A DNA stretch of 32,000 nucleotides from Desulfotalea psychrophila LSv54 (GCF_000025945.1 NC_006138.1:1260001-1292000), one strand, 5' to 3'. Numbered from the stretch's first letter, positions 21,868-29,681 are shown. Translations and numbers: made by a program. Notes: a model not told the origin generated them from the sequence alone.

Positions 21868-23172
21868 ATGAGTGGACTTCAGCAGGCTACGAATATACCC
21901 GAGTTGCGTAAGCGTATTATTTTCACGCTTATGATGCTTGCAGTATACAGGATGGGCGTTCAGATACCTACCCCAGGTATCAATGGAGAGGCTTTAGCGG
22001 GCTTTTTTGCACAGAACGCCAGTACGCTTTTTGGCATGTTTAACATGTTCTCTGGTGGAGCACTTGAGAATTTCTCGATCTTTGCTTTAGGTATTATGCC
22101 TTACATTAGTGCTTCTATCATCATTCAACTTTTGACAGTTGTTATTCCAAAACTTGAGGCATTGAAGAAAGAGGGCGAAGCTGGGCAGAGAAAGATTACC
22201 CAGTATACCCGATATGGTACTGTTCTTTTAAGTGTCATTCAGGGAAGCTTTATTGCTAAAGGGCTTGGCAGTATGGTCGGTCCAGGTGGAGAGGCTATTG
22301 TCCTCAATCCTGGTCTTCATTTTACTTTGATGACCATGCTTACTTTGACGGCAGGAACGGCCTTTATTATGTGGCTCGGTGAGCAGATGACCGAGCGCGG
22401 TATAGGCAACGGTATTTCATTAATAATTTTTGCAGGTATTGTGGCTCGGGGACCTGCTGCAATTGCAAACTCGATTCAGCTTATTCAAGCTGGAGAAATT
22501 GCATTGTTCTTTGTTCCTGTTCTACTGATTTTTATGTTTGCCATTGTGGCAGTAATTGTATTTTTTGAGACATCTCAGAGAAAAATTCCTATTCAGTATG
22601 CCAAACGAGTTGTTGGGCGTAAGGTATATGGGGGACAAAGTTCTCATTTGCCACTTAAAATTAATGTTGCTGGTGTTATTCCACCAATTTTTGCCTCATC
22701 AATCATGATGTTTCCTGCTACTATTGGAAGCTTTATTCAAATTGATTGGGTGCAAAGGGTATCTGCGGCAATGTCGCCTGGTACCGTTTTTTACTACATT
22801 TGTTATGTGGCGATGATTGTGTTCTTTTGTTTCTTTTATGCTGCCGTGACCTTCAAGCCTGATGATGTGGCAGAAAATTTAAAAAAGAACGGTGGTTTTA
22901 TCCCAGGGATCCGACCTGGAAAACGTACAGCCCTGTTTATTGATAAGGTACTAACTCGTTTGACTGTAGTTGGTGCTGTCTATCTTAGTGTGGTTTGTGT
23001 CTTGCCGACAATTTTGATATCGCAGTTTAATATTCCATTTTTCTTTGGTGGAACTGCTCTTCTTATTGTTGTAGGCGTTAGTATTGATACCATATCACAG
23101 GTAGAGTCTCATCTTCATATGAGAAATTATGAAGGTTTCATGAAACAAGGTCGTATTCGAGGAAGGAAATAA
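21868..23172 (+). CDS. secY: Preprotein translocase subunit SecY
   Basis: ATG 21868 follows GGAAGAGAG. IPELRKRIIFTLMMLAVYRMGVQIPTPG is the typical SecY N-terminus. The protein is a multi-pass hydrophobic protein of 434 aa. Confidence 0.96.
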   Translation: MSGLQQATNIPELRKRIIFTLMMLAVYRMGVQIPTPGINGEALAGFFAQNASTLFGMFNMFSGGALENFSIFALGIMPYISASIIIQLLTVVIPKLEALKKEGEAGQRKITQYTRYGTVLLSVIQGSFIAKGLGSMVGPGGEAIVLNPGLHFTLMTMLTLTAGTAFIMWLGEQMTERGIGNGISLIIFAGIVARGPAAIANSIQLIQAGEIALFFVPVLLIFMFAIVAVIVFFETSQRKIPIQYAKRVVGRKVYGGQSSHLPLKINVAGVIPPIFASSIMMFPATIGSFIQIDWVQRVSAAMSPGTVFYYICYVAMIVFFCFFYAAVTFKPDDVAENLKKNGGFIPGIRPGKRTALFIDKVLTRLTVVGAVYLSVVCVLPTILISQFNIPFFFGGTALLIVVGVSIDTISQVESHLHMRNYEGFMKQGRIRGRK

Positions 23173-23176
23173 AAAG

Positions 23177-23959
23177 ATGTCTCCAAGTGTTCCAGTTAGA
23201 TCCATAGTCGTGAAGAATGCAGATGAAATAGCCTTGATGTATGAGGCGAATCAGCATGTGGCTGCTGTTTTAAAGACATTGATGAGTGTTGTTGATGTTG
23301 GCCAGACTACCTGGGAGCTTGATAAAATTGCAGAGGATTACTGCAAAAAAAATAAAATGAGACCGGCTTTTAAGGGATATAATGGTTTTCCAGGATGCCT
23401 TTGCGTATCCGTTAACGAAGAAGTTGTCCATGGTATCCCTTCGCGGAAAAAAAAGCTGAAAAAAGGTGATATTGTCTCTGTTGATTTCGGTGTTGAATAT
23501 CGAGGTTACTACGGTGATTCTGCTGTGACCATTCCTGTTGGTCAAATATCTGCTGAGGCTAAGAAGCTTTTGCAGGTAACAGATGAGTCGTTGCACAGAG
23601 GCATTGCCCAGGCAGTAGCGGGCAATAGAATATCTGATATCTCCAAGGCAGTGCAACAGCATGCTGAAGCTCATGGCTTTGGTGTTGTGCGTCAGTTCGT
23701 AGGACACGGTATCGGGAGCGACCTACATGAAGCTCCCGAAATACCTAATTTCTACTCAGGAGAACGTTCTCCGCGGCTTTTGCCGGGAATGGTACTGGCA
23801 ATAGAGCCTATGCTCAATGTTGGAACAGCGAATGTTAAGGTGTTGCGAGATGGTTGGACAGTGGTAACTGCTGATCATCGTTTTTCCGCTCATTTTGAAC
23901 ATACGGTTGCGGTGACGGAAGAGGCACCTAGGGTACTGAGTTCACGAGAAATTGCATAA
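23177..23959 (+). CDS. map: Type I methionine aminopeptidase
   Basis: Metal-ligand context is present (VHGIP..., DIVSVDFGVEYRGYYGDSA, FVGHGIG, LAIEPM, HFEHTV). Length is 260 aa. It starts 4 nt after the secY stop. Confidence 0.95.
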   Translation: MSPSVPVRSIVVKNADEIALMYEANQHVAAVLKTLMSVVDVGQTTWELDKIAEDYCKKNKMRPAFKGYNGFPGCLCVSVNEEVVHGIPSRKKKLKKGDIVSVDFGVEYRGYYGDSAVTIPVGQISAEAKKLLQVTDESLHRGIAQAVAGNRISDISKAVQQHAEAHGFGVVRQFVGHGIGSDLHEAPEIPNFYSGERSPRLLPGMVLAIEPMLNVGTANVKVLRDGWTVVTADHRFSAHFEHTVAVTEEAPRVLSSREIA

Positions 23960-24120
23960 TGTAAGATAGTTACATTATGTTAATAAGGGTTAAAAAAGAG
24001 CTCCAATAGGAGATAGTGTTTAGCGGGGTTTGTGGGTGGGGTAAAGAAAGGTTGTTTTTGTTTGGAAACATGCGATATTGTCTCTTTTTAACATTTTAAG
24101 AACTAATGTCAGAGGCCTCC

Positions 24121-24357
24121 ATGGCAAAAGAAGAAGCTATTGAAGTTGAAGGTACCATTATTGAGCCCTTGCCTAATGCGATGTTTCGTGTTGAATTGGA
24201 CAATGGCCATAAGGTACTGGCACATATTTCAGGTAAGATGCGAATGCACTTTATTAAAATTTTACCTGGTGATAGAGTAACTGTTGAGTTATCTCCTTAC
24301 GATTTAACAAGGGGAAGGGTTACTTTTCGGACAAAAAATACTAAAAAGAAAAAATAG
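24121..24357 (+). CDS. infA: Translation initiation factor IF-1
   Basis: [69 protein letters not shown] 24121 lies 5 nt after AGAGG. The track start at 24106 has no SD. The C-terminus has a Lys-rich tail, TKNTKKKK. Confidence 0.93.
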
Positions 24358-24371
24358 AGAGTTTGTTTATC

Positions 24372-24485
24372 ATGAAAGTACGCGCATCTGTTAAAAAAAT
24401 TTGCAGTGACTGTAAGGTTTATAAGCGCAATGGTGTAGTTCGCGTATCCTGTAAAGTTAAAAAACATAAGCAGAGGCAGGGATAA
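24372..24485 (+). CDS. rpmJ: 50S ribosomal protein L36 (zinc-binding form)
   Basis: This gene is below the ORF-track cutoff and was read by hand: [37 protein letters not shown], 37 aa, with CxxC..C..H ligands. Confidence 0.95.
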   Translation: MKVRASVKKICSDCKVYKRNGVVRVSCKVKKHKQRQG

Positions 24486-24539
24486 ACAAAGTTTGTAACT
24501 AACTTTTTTAATTACCTACTTCTTTTGAGGAGATAGACC

Positions 24540-24905
24540 TTGGCACGTATAGCAGGAATAGACCTTCCTAAAAATAAACACATTGATAGGGCACTTACCT
24601 ATATTCATGGCATTGGATTGACATCAGCTCGTAAGATTCTTGATGCAGTTGAATTACCATACACCATGAATTCAGACGATTTGGATGGCGAAACCGTCAA
24701 CCGTATCCGTAAGGTTATCGAGGCAGATTATACCGTAGAGGGTGATCGTCGCCGTGAAGTTTCTATGGACATTAAGAGACTCACCGACCTTGGTTGTTAC
24801 CGTGGACGTCGTCATCGTATGGGCTTGCCTTGTCGTGGTCAAAAGACTAAGACTAATGCCCGGACACGTAAGGGACCACGTCGTGGTGCCGCTCGTCGGA
24901 AATAA
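24540..24905 (+). CDS. rpsM: 30S ribosomal protein S13 (TTG start)
   Basis: TTG 24540 lies 7 nt after GAGGAG (24527-24532). The next residues, [13 protein letters not shown], are the invariant S13 N-terminus. Length is 121 aa. Confidence 0.96.
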   Translation: MARIAGIDLPKNKHIDRALTYIHGIGLTSARKILDAVELPYTMNSDDLDGETVNRIRKVIEADYTVEGDRRREVSMDIKRLTDLGCYRGRRHRMGLPCRGQKTKTNARTRKGPRRGAARRK

Positions 24906-24918
24906 TTGATAACTCTTG

Positions 24919-24938
24919 TCTCTCTTTTGCAAGAGAGA
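24919..24938 (+). promoter_or_regulatory. RNA hairpin immediately after rpsM (8-bp stem, ttgc loop)
   Basis: tctctctt (24919-24926) pairs with aagagaga (24931-24938). No T-run follows. Confidence 0.45.
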
Positions 24939-24953
24939 TAATGAATTGTGAGA

Positions 24954-24990
24954 CTTAGGAGATATAAAGTTTATGCTTATATCTCCTAAG
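24954..24990 (+). promoter_or_regulatory. Perfect 14-bp hairpin in the rpsM-rpsK spacer, with SD-like and anti-SD-like arms
   Basis: cttaggagatataa (24954-24967) pairs with ttatatctcctaag (24977-24990) around a 9-nt loop. No T-run follows. The real rpsK SD (aaaggtg) lies downstream at about 25001-25007. Confidence 0.55.
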
Positions 24991-25011
24991 GTCATATGAA
25001 AAGGTGTAGAT

Positions 25012-25392
25012 ATGGCAGTTGCAAAAAAGAGAAAGGTAAAAAAGAATATCCCAGAAGGGATTGTTTATATTTATTCTACCTTCAATAATACCATTGTTAC
25101 CATCTCAGACAAGCAGGGAAACGTGGTTTCTTGGTGTAGCGCTGGTGTTCTTGGCTTTAAAGGTTCTCGTAAGAGTACTCCTTTTGCAGCCCAGAATGCG
25201 CTTGCTGATGCAGCGAAGAAAGCTGCTGATTGTGGTATGAGAAAAGTAGAAGTTAAAGTGAAAGGACCAGGACCTGGTCGTGAAGCTGCTCTACGTGCTT
25301 TGGTAAGTACCGGTTTTGAGGTAAGTCGCATTTATGATGTTACCCCAGTTCCTCACAATGGATGTAAACCACCTAAACGTCGCCGCGTATAA
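25012..25392 (+). CDS. rpsK: 30S ribosomal protein S11
   Basis: [46 protein letters not shown], 126 aa. Confidence 0.98.
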   Translation: MAVAKKRKVKKNIPEGIVYIYSTFNNTIVTISDKQGNVVSWCSAGVLGFKGSRKSTPFAAQNALADAAKKAADCGMRKVEVKVKGPGPGREAALRALVSTGFEVSRIYDVTPVPHNGCKPPKRRRV

Positions 25393-25439
25393 TTTCGCAA
25401 CGTTATGCTGGTGAAAATATTTGAAATGGAGGCCTAAAG

Positions 25440-26072
25440 TTGGCTAGAAATATAGGGGCTGTATGTCGCCGTTGTCGACGAGAAAATTTGAAGTTGTTTC
25501 TAAAGGGCGATCGTTGTTATTCTGACAAATGTTCTTTTGAGAGACGTGCTTTCGCACCGGGACAACATGGTCAGGCAAGATTTAAGAAAGTGTCTGATTA
25601 CGCTGTTCAGTTGCGTGAGAAGCAAAAAGTTAAGAGCATGTACGGTGTTCTTGAGGCTCAATTTCGTTTGACCTTCGAGAAAGCTGAAGCTCAGAAAGGT
25701 GTGGCTGGCGAGAATCTTTTGATTCTTCTTGAACGACGTCTTGATAATGCTGTTTTTCGTGCAGGTTTTGCTTCTTCTAGAACTCAAGCGCGTCAAATTG
25801 TTCGTCACAAGCATATCTTGATAAATGGAAAAAGAGTTGATATTCCTTCTTATCAAGTATCTGAGGGCGATGTTATCTCCCTGAGAGAAAAGAGTCGTGC
25901 TAACGCAGGTGTTGTTGATAACCTCGAAGCAGTTGTTCGTCGTGGTGTTCCAACCTGGCTTGAGTTAGACAAGGACAACTTTAAGGCATCTGTAAAAGCT
26001 CTTCCTAACAGAGAAGAAATTACCATGCCTATTCAGGAAAGATTGATTGTAGAGCTTTACTCTAAGAATTAA
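25440..26072 (+). CDS. rpsD: 30S ribosomal protein S4 (TTG start)
   Basis: TTG 25440 lies 7 nt after GGAGG (25428-25432). [30 protein letters not shown] is the S4 N-terminal Cys4 motif. Length is 210 aa. Confidence 0.96.
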   Translation: MARNIGAVCRRCRRENLKLFLKGDRCYSDKCSFERRAFAPGQHGQARFKKVSDYAVQLREKQKVKSMYGVLEAQFRLTFEKAEAQKGVAGENLLILLERRLDNAVFRAGFASSRTQARQIVRHKHILINGKRVDIPSYQVSEGDVISLREKSRANAGVVDNLEAVVRRGVPTWLELDKDNFKASVKALPNREEITMPIQERLIVELYSKN

Positions 26073-26085
26073 TCTGCTTTTTTAC

Positions 26086-26129
26086 TCGGTGGATGTGCTG
26101 TTTTGCGTCCACCGATGTTTTGTTTTCTG
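26086..26129 (+). terminator. Terminator-like hairpin plus T-rich tract between rpsD and rpoA (possible attenuator)
   Basis: tcggtgga (26086-26093) pairs with tccaccga (26108-26115), extendable by two pairs. It is followed by tgttttgttttctg. Confidence 0.45.
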
Positions 26130-26187
26130 TCTTGTCCATTTGGTCGATATTAACCTGATTAAAACAAGCTAACAGAGAAGGATACCC

Positions 26188-27219
26188 ATGACCCAGGAAA
26201 TCGACGAAAAAATACCTGTTTATCGTAATTGGCATGAGCTGATCAGACCCGAAAAAGTAGAAATTGATCAGAGTAATCATTCTGAAACCTACGGTAAATT
26301 TATCTGTCAACCGCTTGAGCGTGGCTTTGCGACGACAATCGGTAACTCTTTGCGAAGGATCCTTCTGTCTTCTATTCAGGGTGCAGCTATTACCACTGTA
26401 AAGATAGAGGGCGCTTTGCATGAACTTACATCCATGAAGGACGTTAAAGAGGATGTAAGTGAGATTATTCTCAATCTTAAGCAGGTTCGTTTAAAGCTTA
26501 ATTGCGAAGAGTCTCAAACAGTACGTATTGAAAAACAAGGACCAGGACCTGTTGTTGCTGGTGATATTATTCCATCTGCATTCGTTGAAATCATGAACGA
26601 AGATCATATTCTCTGTAATCTTACAAGTGATATGACCTTTTGTGCTGAGTTGACTGTCGAATGGGGTAAAGGATATCAACCTGCTGAAAATCAAGAGAAA
26701 GATGACCTCACCGTAGGTCAGATTCCCATTGATGCGATCTTTACTCCTGTAAAGAAAATTCAGTATGTTGTCTCTTCTGCCCGTGTTGGTCAACAGACTG
26801 ATTATGATAAGTTGACCTACGAGATAGAAACAGATGGTAGCGTACGACCTGAAGATGCTTTGGCTTACTCGGCAAAGATTCTTAAGGAGCAGCTTGATAT
26901 TTTTATTAACTTTGATGAAACTGCGGTCGAGCCTGAAAAGAAAGCTGTTGAGACCGAAGAGAAGCAGGAAAATCCTTATCTCGACAAGCCTGTTGAAGAT
27001 CTTGAATTATCTGTACGTTCTGCAAACTGTCTCAAGAATGCGGATATCAATTTTATCGGTGATTTGGTACAGAGAACTGATCAGGAAATGTTGAAGACCA
27101 AGAACTTTGGTCGTAAATCTCTTAACGAGATTAAAACATTGTTACAAGATATGGATTTGACCCTTGGTGTGAAGCTTGAGGGTTGGAATGCTCCTTCTGA
27201 TGCAGAGACTGAAGAATAA
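26188..27219 (+). CDS. rpoA: DNA-directed RNA polymerase subunit alpha
   Basis: GFATTIGNSLRRILLSSIQGAAIT is the N-terminal domain signature. LELSVRSANCLKNADINFIGDLV..KTKNFGRKSLNEIK is the C-terminal domain helix-hairpin-helix. Length is 343 aa. Confidence 0.98.
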   Translation: MTQEIDEKIPVYRNWHELIRPEKVEIDQSNHSETYGKFICQPLERGFATTIGNSLRRILLSSIQGAAITTVKIEGALHELTSMKDVKEDVSEIILNLKQVRLKLNCEESQTVRIEKQGPGPVVAGDIIPSAFVEIMNEDHILCNLTSDMTFCAELTVEWGKGYQPAENQEKDDLTVGQIPIDAIFTPVKKIQYVVSSARVGQQTDYDKLTYEIETDGSVRPEDALAYSAKILKEQLDIFINFDETAVEPEKKAVETEEKQENPYLDKPVEDLELSVRSANCLKNADINFIGDLVQRTDQEMLKTKNFGRKSLNEIKTLLQDMDLTLGVKLEGWNAPSDAETEE

Positions 27220-27321
27220 GAGCGCTTTCTCTAGGGACGCTTTGTCTTTGGTGTAGTGCTAAGAAATTTTAGATAGTAAGTGCATTTACTTTAATTACAT
27301 AGTGGTGCTGAGGATTATAAG

Positions 27322-27711
27322 ATGAGACATCGTTATTCAGGAAGAAAATTAGGTCGTACCAGTTCGCATAGAGATGCTATGTTCAGGAACATGGTTACTT
27401 CATTGTTTGAGCATGAGCGCATTGTTACCACCAAAGAGAAAGCAAAAGAGCTTCGTCCTATCGCAGAGAAGATGATTACTCTTGGCAAGCGTGGAGATCT
27501 TCATGCTCGTCGTCAGGCTTTGAGCTATGTTAGATGTGCAGGCGTGGTTCATAAGCTTTTCGGTGAAATTGCTGAGCAATTTGCTGATCGTAAAGGCGGT
27601 TATACCCGTATTATCCAAACTGGTGTTCGTCGTGGCGATAACGCTTCTATGGCTATCATCGAGTTGGTTGGTTACGACGAGACTGTTGCTGCTGCAACGA
27701 CCGAAGCGTAA
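27322..27711 (+). CDS. rplQ: 50S ribosomal protein L17
   Basis: [45 protein letters not shown], 129 aa. Confidence 0.98.
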   Translation: MRHRYSGRKLGRTSSHRDAMFRNMVTSLFEHERIVTTKEKAKELRPIAEKMITLGKRGDLHARRQALSYVRCAGVVHKLFGEIAEQFADRKGGYTRIIQTGVRRGDNASMAIIELVGYDETVAAATTEA

Positions 27712-27763
27712 TTATATCGATTGAAGACTATGTGGTTTTAATCGCATAGAGCTTTTGATAGAG

Positions 27764-27805
27764 AGGGACTGAAAGGAATTTATTCCTCTCAGTCCCTTTT
27801 TTTTT
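27764..27805 (+). terminator. Rho-independent terminator closing the r-protein/rpoA supercluster
   Basis: The 15-bp stem agggactgaaaggaa / ttcctctcagtccct has 14 of 15 positions paired, with loop ttta. Nine consecutive T's follow directly (27797-27805). Confidence 0.88.
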
Positions 27806-27908
27806 GTTTGCTCAAGGGGCGCGGGCGAAAGTGAGCGTTTTTGCTCCTCTGTGTCAGGCCTTGATTATGGCGACAATTCTCAGGAAAGCACAGATTTTCA
27901 ACGACCCA

Positions 27909-27937
27909 TTGCAATATATCTCATTGCATGGTACATA
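27909..27937 (+). promoter_or_regulatory. Candidate sigma70-type promoter for rpsB-tsf
   Basis: TTGCAA (27909-27914), a 17-nt spacer, then TACATA (27932-27937). An overlapping alternative is TTGCAT (27924-27929), 17 nt, TTAAAT (27947-27952). This rests on sequence match only. Confidence 0.3.
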
Positions 27938-28140
27938 GTCTTAGCTTTAAATTAAGGGAAGTATTTCTTTTCTTAATGAATAATTTCTCCTCCCCTGTGG
28001 AGGAGAGTAACCAAGAGGGTATCTACCCAATAATGGGGACTTATCTTCTCGTATTACTAACACACACATCTTCATCTACTCTGGTGTTATCTCAAGAGAT
28101 GACTACGAAGATGGCGGAAAAACCAGAACGGAGAACTATT

Positions 28141-28912
28141 ATGAGTCAAGTAACAGTAAAGGACATGCTTCAGGCAGGCCTGCATTTCGGTCACCAAACC
28201 CGCAGATGGAATCCAAAAATGAAGCCATATATCTATGGCCCACGTAATGGTATCTATATTGTAAACCTTGATCTTACCAAGCGTCTCTTTGACAAAGCTT
28301 GTGAATTTATTTCAAGTAACGTGAAAAACGAGGGTTCTGTTCTTTTCGTAGGTACTAAGCGTCAGGCACAATCCATCATTAAGGAAGAAGCTCGCCGATG
28401 TGGTCAGTACTATGTTGATCACCGCTGGTTGGGTGGTATGCTTACCAACTTCCAAACCATCAAGAACAGCATTGATCGTTTGAAGTCCATCGAAGCAATG
28501 CAAGAAGATGGTTCTATCAACCGTTTTCCAAAGAAAGAAATTCTTTTGATGGGAAAAGAGCGTGTTAAGCTTGAGCGTAACGTTGGTGGTATCAAAGACA
28601 TGCGTGCCTTACCTGCTGTAATCGTTATCGTAGATCCTCGTAAAGAGTCTATTGCTGTTAGCGAAGCTGGCAAATTGGGTATTCCTGTTGTTGCCCTTAC
28701 CGATACTAACTGTGATCCAGACGGTATTGACTACCGTAATCCCAGGCAACGATGATGCAATTCGTTCTATCCGTCTTATCTGTAATGAAATTGCAGAGGT
28801 TGTGCTTGCAAGTCAGGCAGAACGTGATGGTGACGAAGCATCTGAAGAGGCAATTGCTGCTGCTATGGGTGATACCGTAAGCGAGATGGCAGAGAAGACC
28901 GAAGAAGCATAG
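28141..28912 (+). pseudogene. rpsB: 30S ribosomal protein S2, +1 frame break as written (one extra nucleotide near 28734-28735)
   Basis: ATG 28141 lies 6 nt after [38 protein letters not shown]...[12 protein letters not shown] then reads RNPRQR* (TGA 28753-28755). The +1 frame continues [21 protein letters not shown]... to TAG 28910-28912. The span is 772 nt, i.e. 3n+1. Confidence 0.9.
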
Positions 28913-28968
28913 TGGCACCATATTAATTCTATCGTTTTTTCTATAGAATTCTGCGATAGAAGGTAACG

Positions 28969-28998
28969 AAAGGGGCTGTCTATTGACTTGCCCCTTTT
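28969..28998 (+). terminator. Terminator/attenuator-like hairpin between rpsB and tsf
   Basis: aaaggggc (28969-28976) pairs with gccccttt (28990-28997) around a 13-nt loop, followed by ttgttgtgtgg. Confidence 0.5.
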
Positions 28999-29078
28999 GT
29001 TGTGTGGACAGAAGATGTCGCTGTGGTTTGTTTTGGTTGCGGCATAGACGATGAGAGCAAAATTTTTGGAGAGTTAGA

Positions 29079-29669
29079 ATGGCTATTACAAGCAAGATGG
29101 TAAAAGAGCTTAGAGATAAAACAGCTGCAGGTATGATGGACTGTAAAAAAGCTCTTACCGAGACCGATGGTGATATGGAAAAAGCAGTGGACCTTCTTCG
29201 TCAGAAGGGTCTTGCCGTTGCTGCTAAGCGCGCAGGTCGTGCTACAAGTGAAGGTACCATTCAGACCTATATTCATGGTGCTAAGATTGGTGTTATGATT
29301 GAGGTTGGTTGTGAGACTGACTTTGTTGCAAAGAACGAAGAATTTTGCAAATTTGCAAAAGACATTGCAATGCACATTGCAGCTGTAAACCCCATTGCTG
29401 TAAGCCGTGAGGGTATTCCTGCCGAGGTTATTGAGCGTGAGAAGGCAATTTACGTTCAGCAAGCTCTCGATTCTGGTAAGCCAGAAGCGATTGTTGAGAA
29501 GATGGTTGTTGGTAAAGTAGAGAAGTTTATTGGCGAAATTTGTCTTGTTGAACAAAAATTCGTAATGAACCCTGATCTTACCGTACAAGACCTTCTTAAT
29601 GAACTTGTAGCCAAGATGGGTGAGAATATCTCCATTAAGCGTTTTGCTCGTTTTCAAGTAGGTGCCTAA
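29079..29669 (+). CDS. tsf: Elongation factor Ts (short, 196-aa form)
   Basis: MAITSKMVKELRDKTAAGMMDCKKALTETDGDMEKAVDLLRQKG is the UBA-like N-terminal domain. IHGAKIGVMIEVGCETDFVAKNEEF is also present. SD is GGAGAG. Confidence 0.97.
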   Translation: MAITSKMVKELRDKTAAGMMDCKKALTETDGDMEKAVDLLRQKGLAVAAKRAGRATSEGTIQTYIHGAKIGVMIEVGCETDFVAKNEEFCKFAKDIAMHIAAVNPIAVSREGIPAEVIEREKAIYVQQALDSGKPEAIVEKMVVGKVEKFIGEICLVEQKFVMNPDLTVQDLLNELVAKMGENISIKRFARFQVGA

Positions 29670-29681
29670 TTTGTACTTTTT

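Noticed and set aside
27928-28140. A 71-codon N-terminal extension of the rpsB ORF in the six-frame track ([12 protein letters not shown]...).
   Set aside because: S2 homology begins exactly at [10 protein letters not shown] (ATG 28141), which has a well-spaced GGAGA. The extension has no homology, overlaps the predicted leader hairpins and promoter, and would make S2 far longer than normal.
27806-28140. A possible tRNA or small RNA gene in the long spacer upstream of rpsB.
   Set aside because: There is no cloverleaf-compatible arms, no GTTCRANNC-type T-loop, and no promoter-plus-terminator pair delimiting a discrete small transcript. The hairpins are better explained as an mRNA leader.
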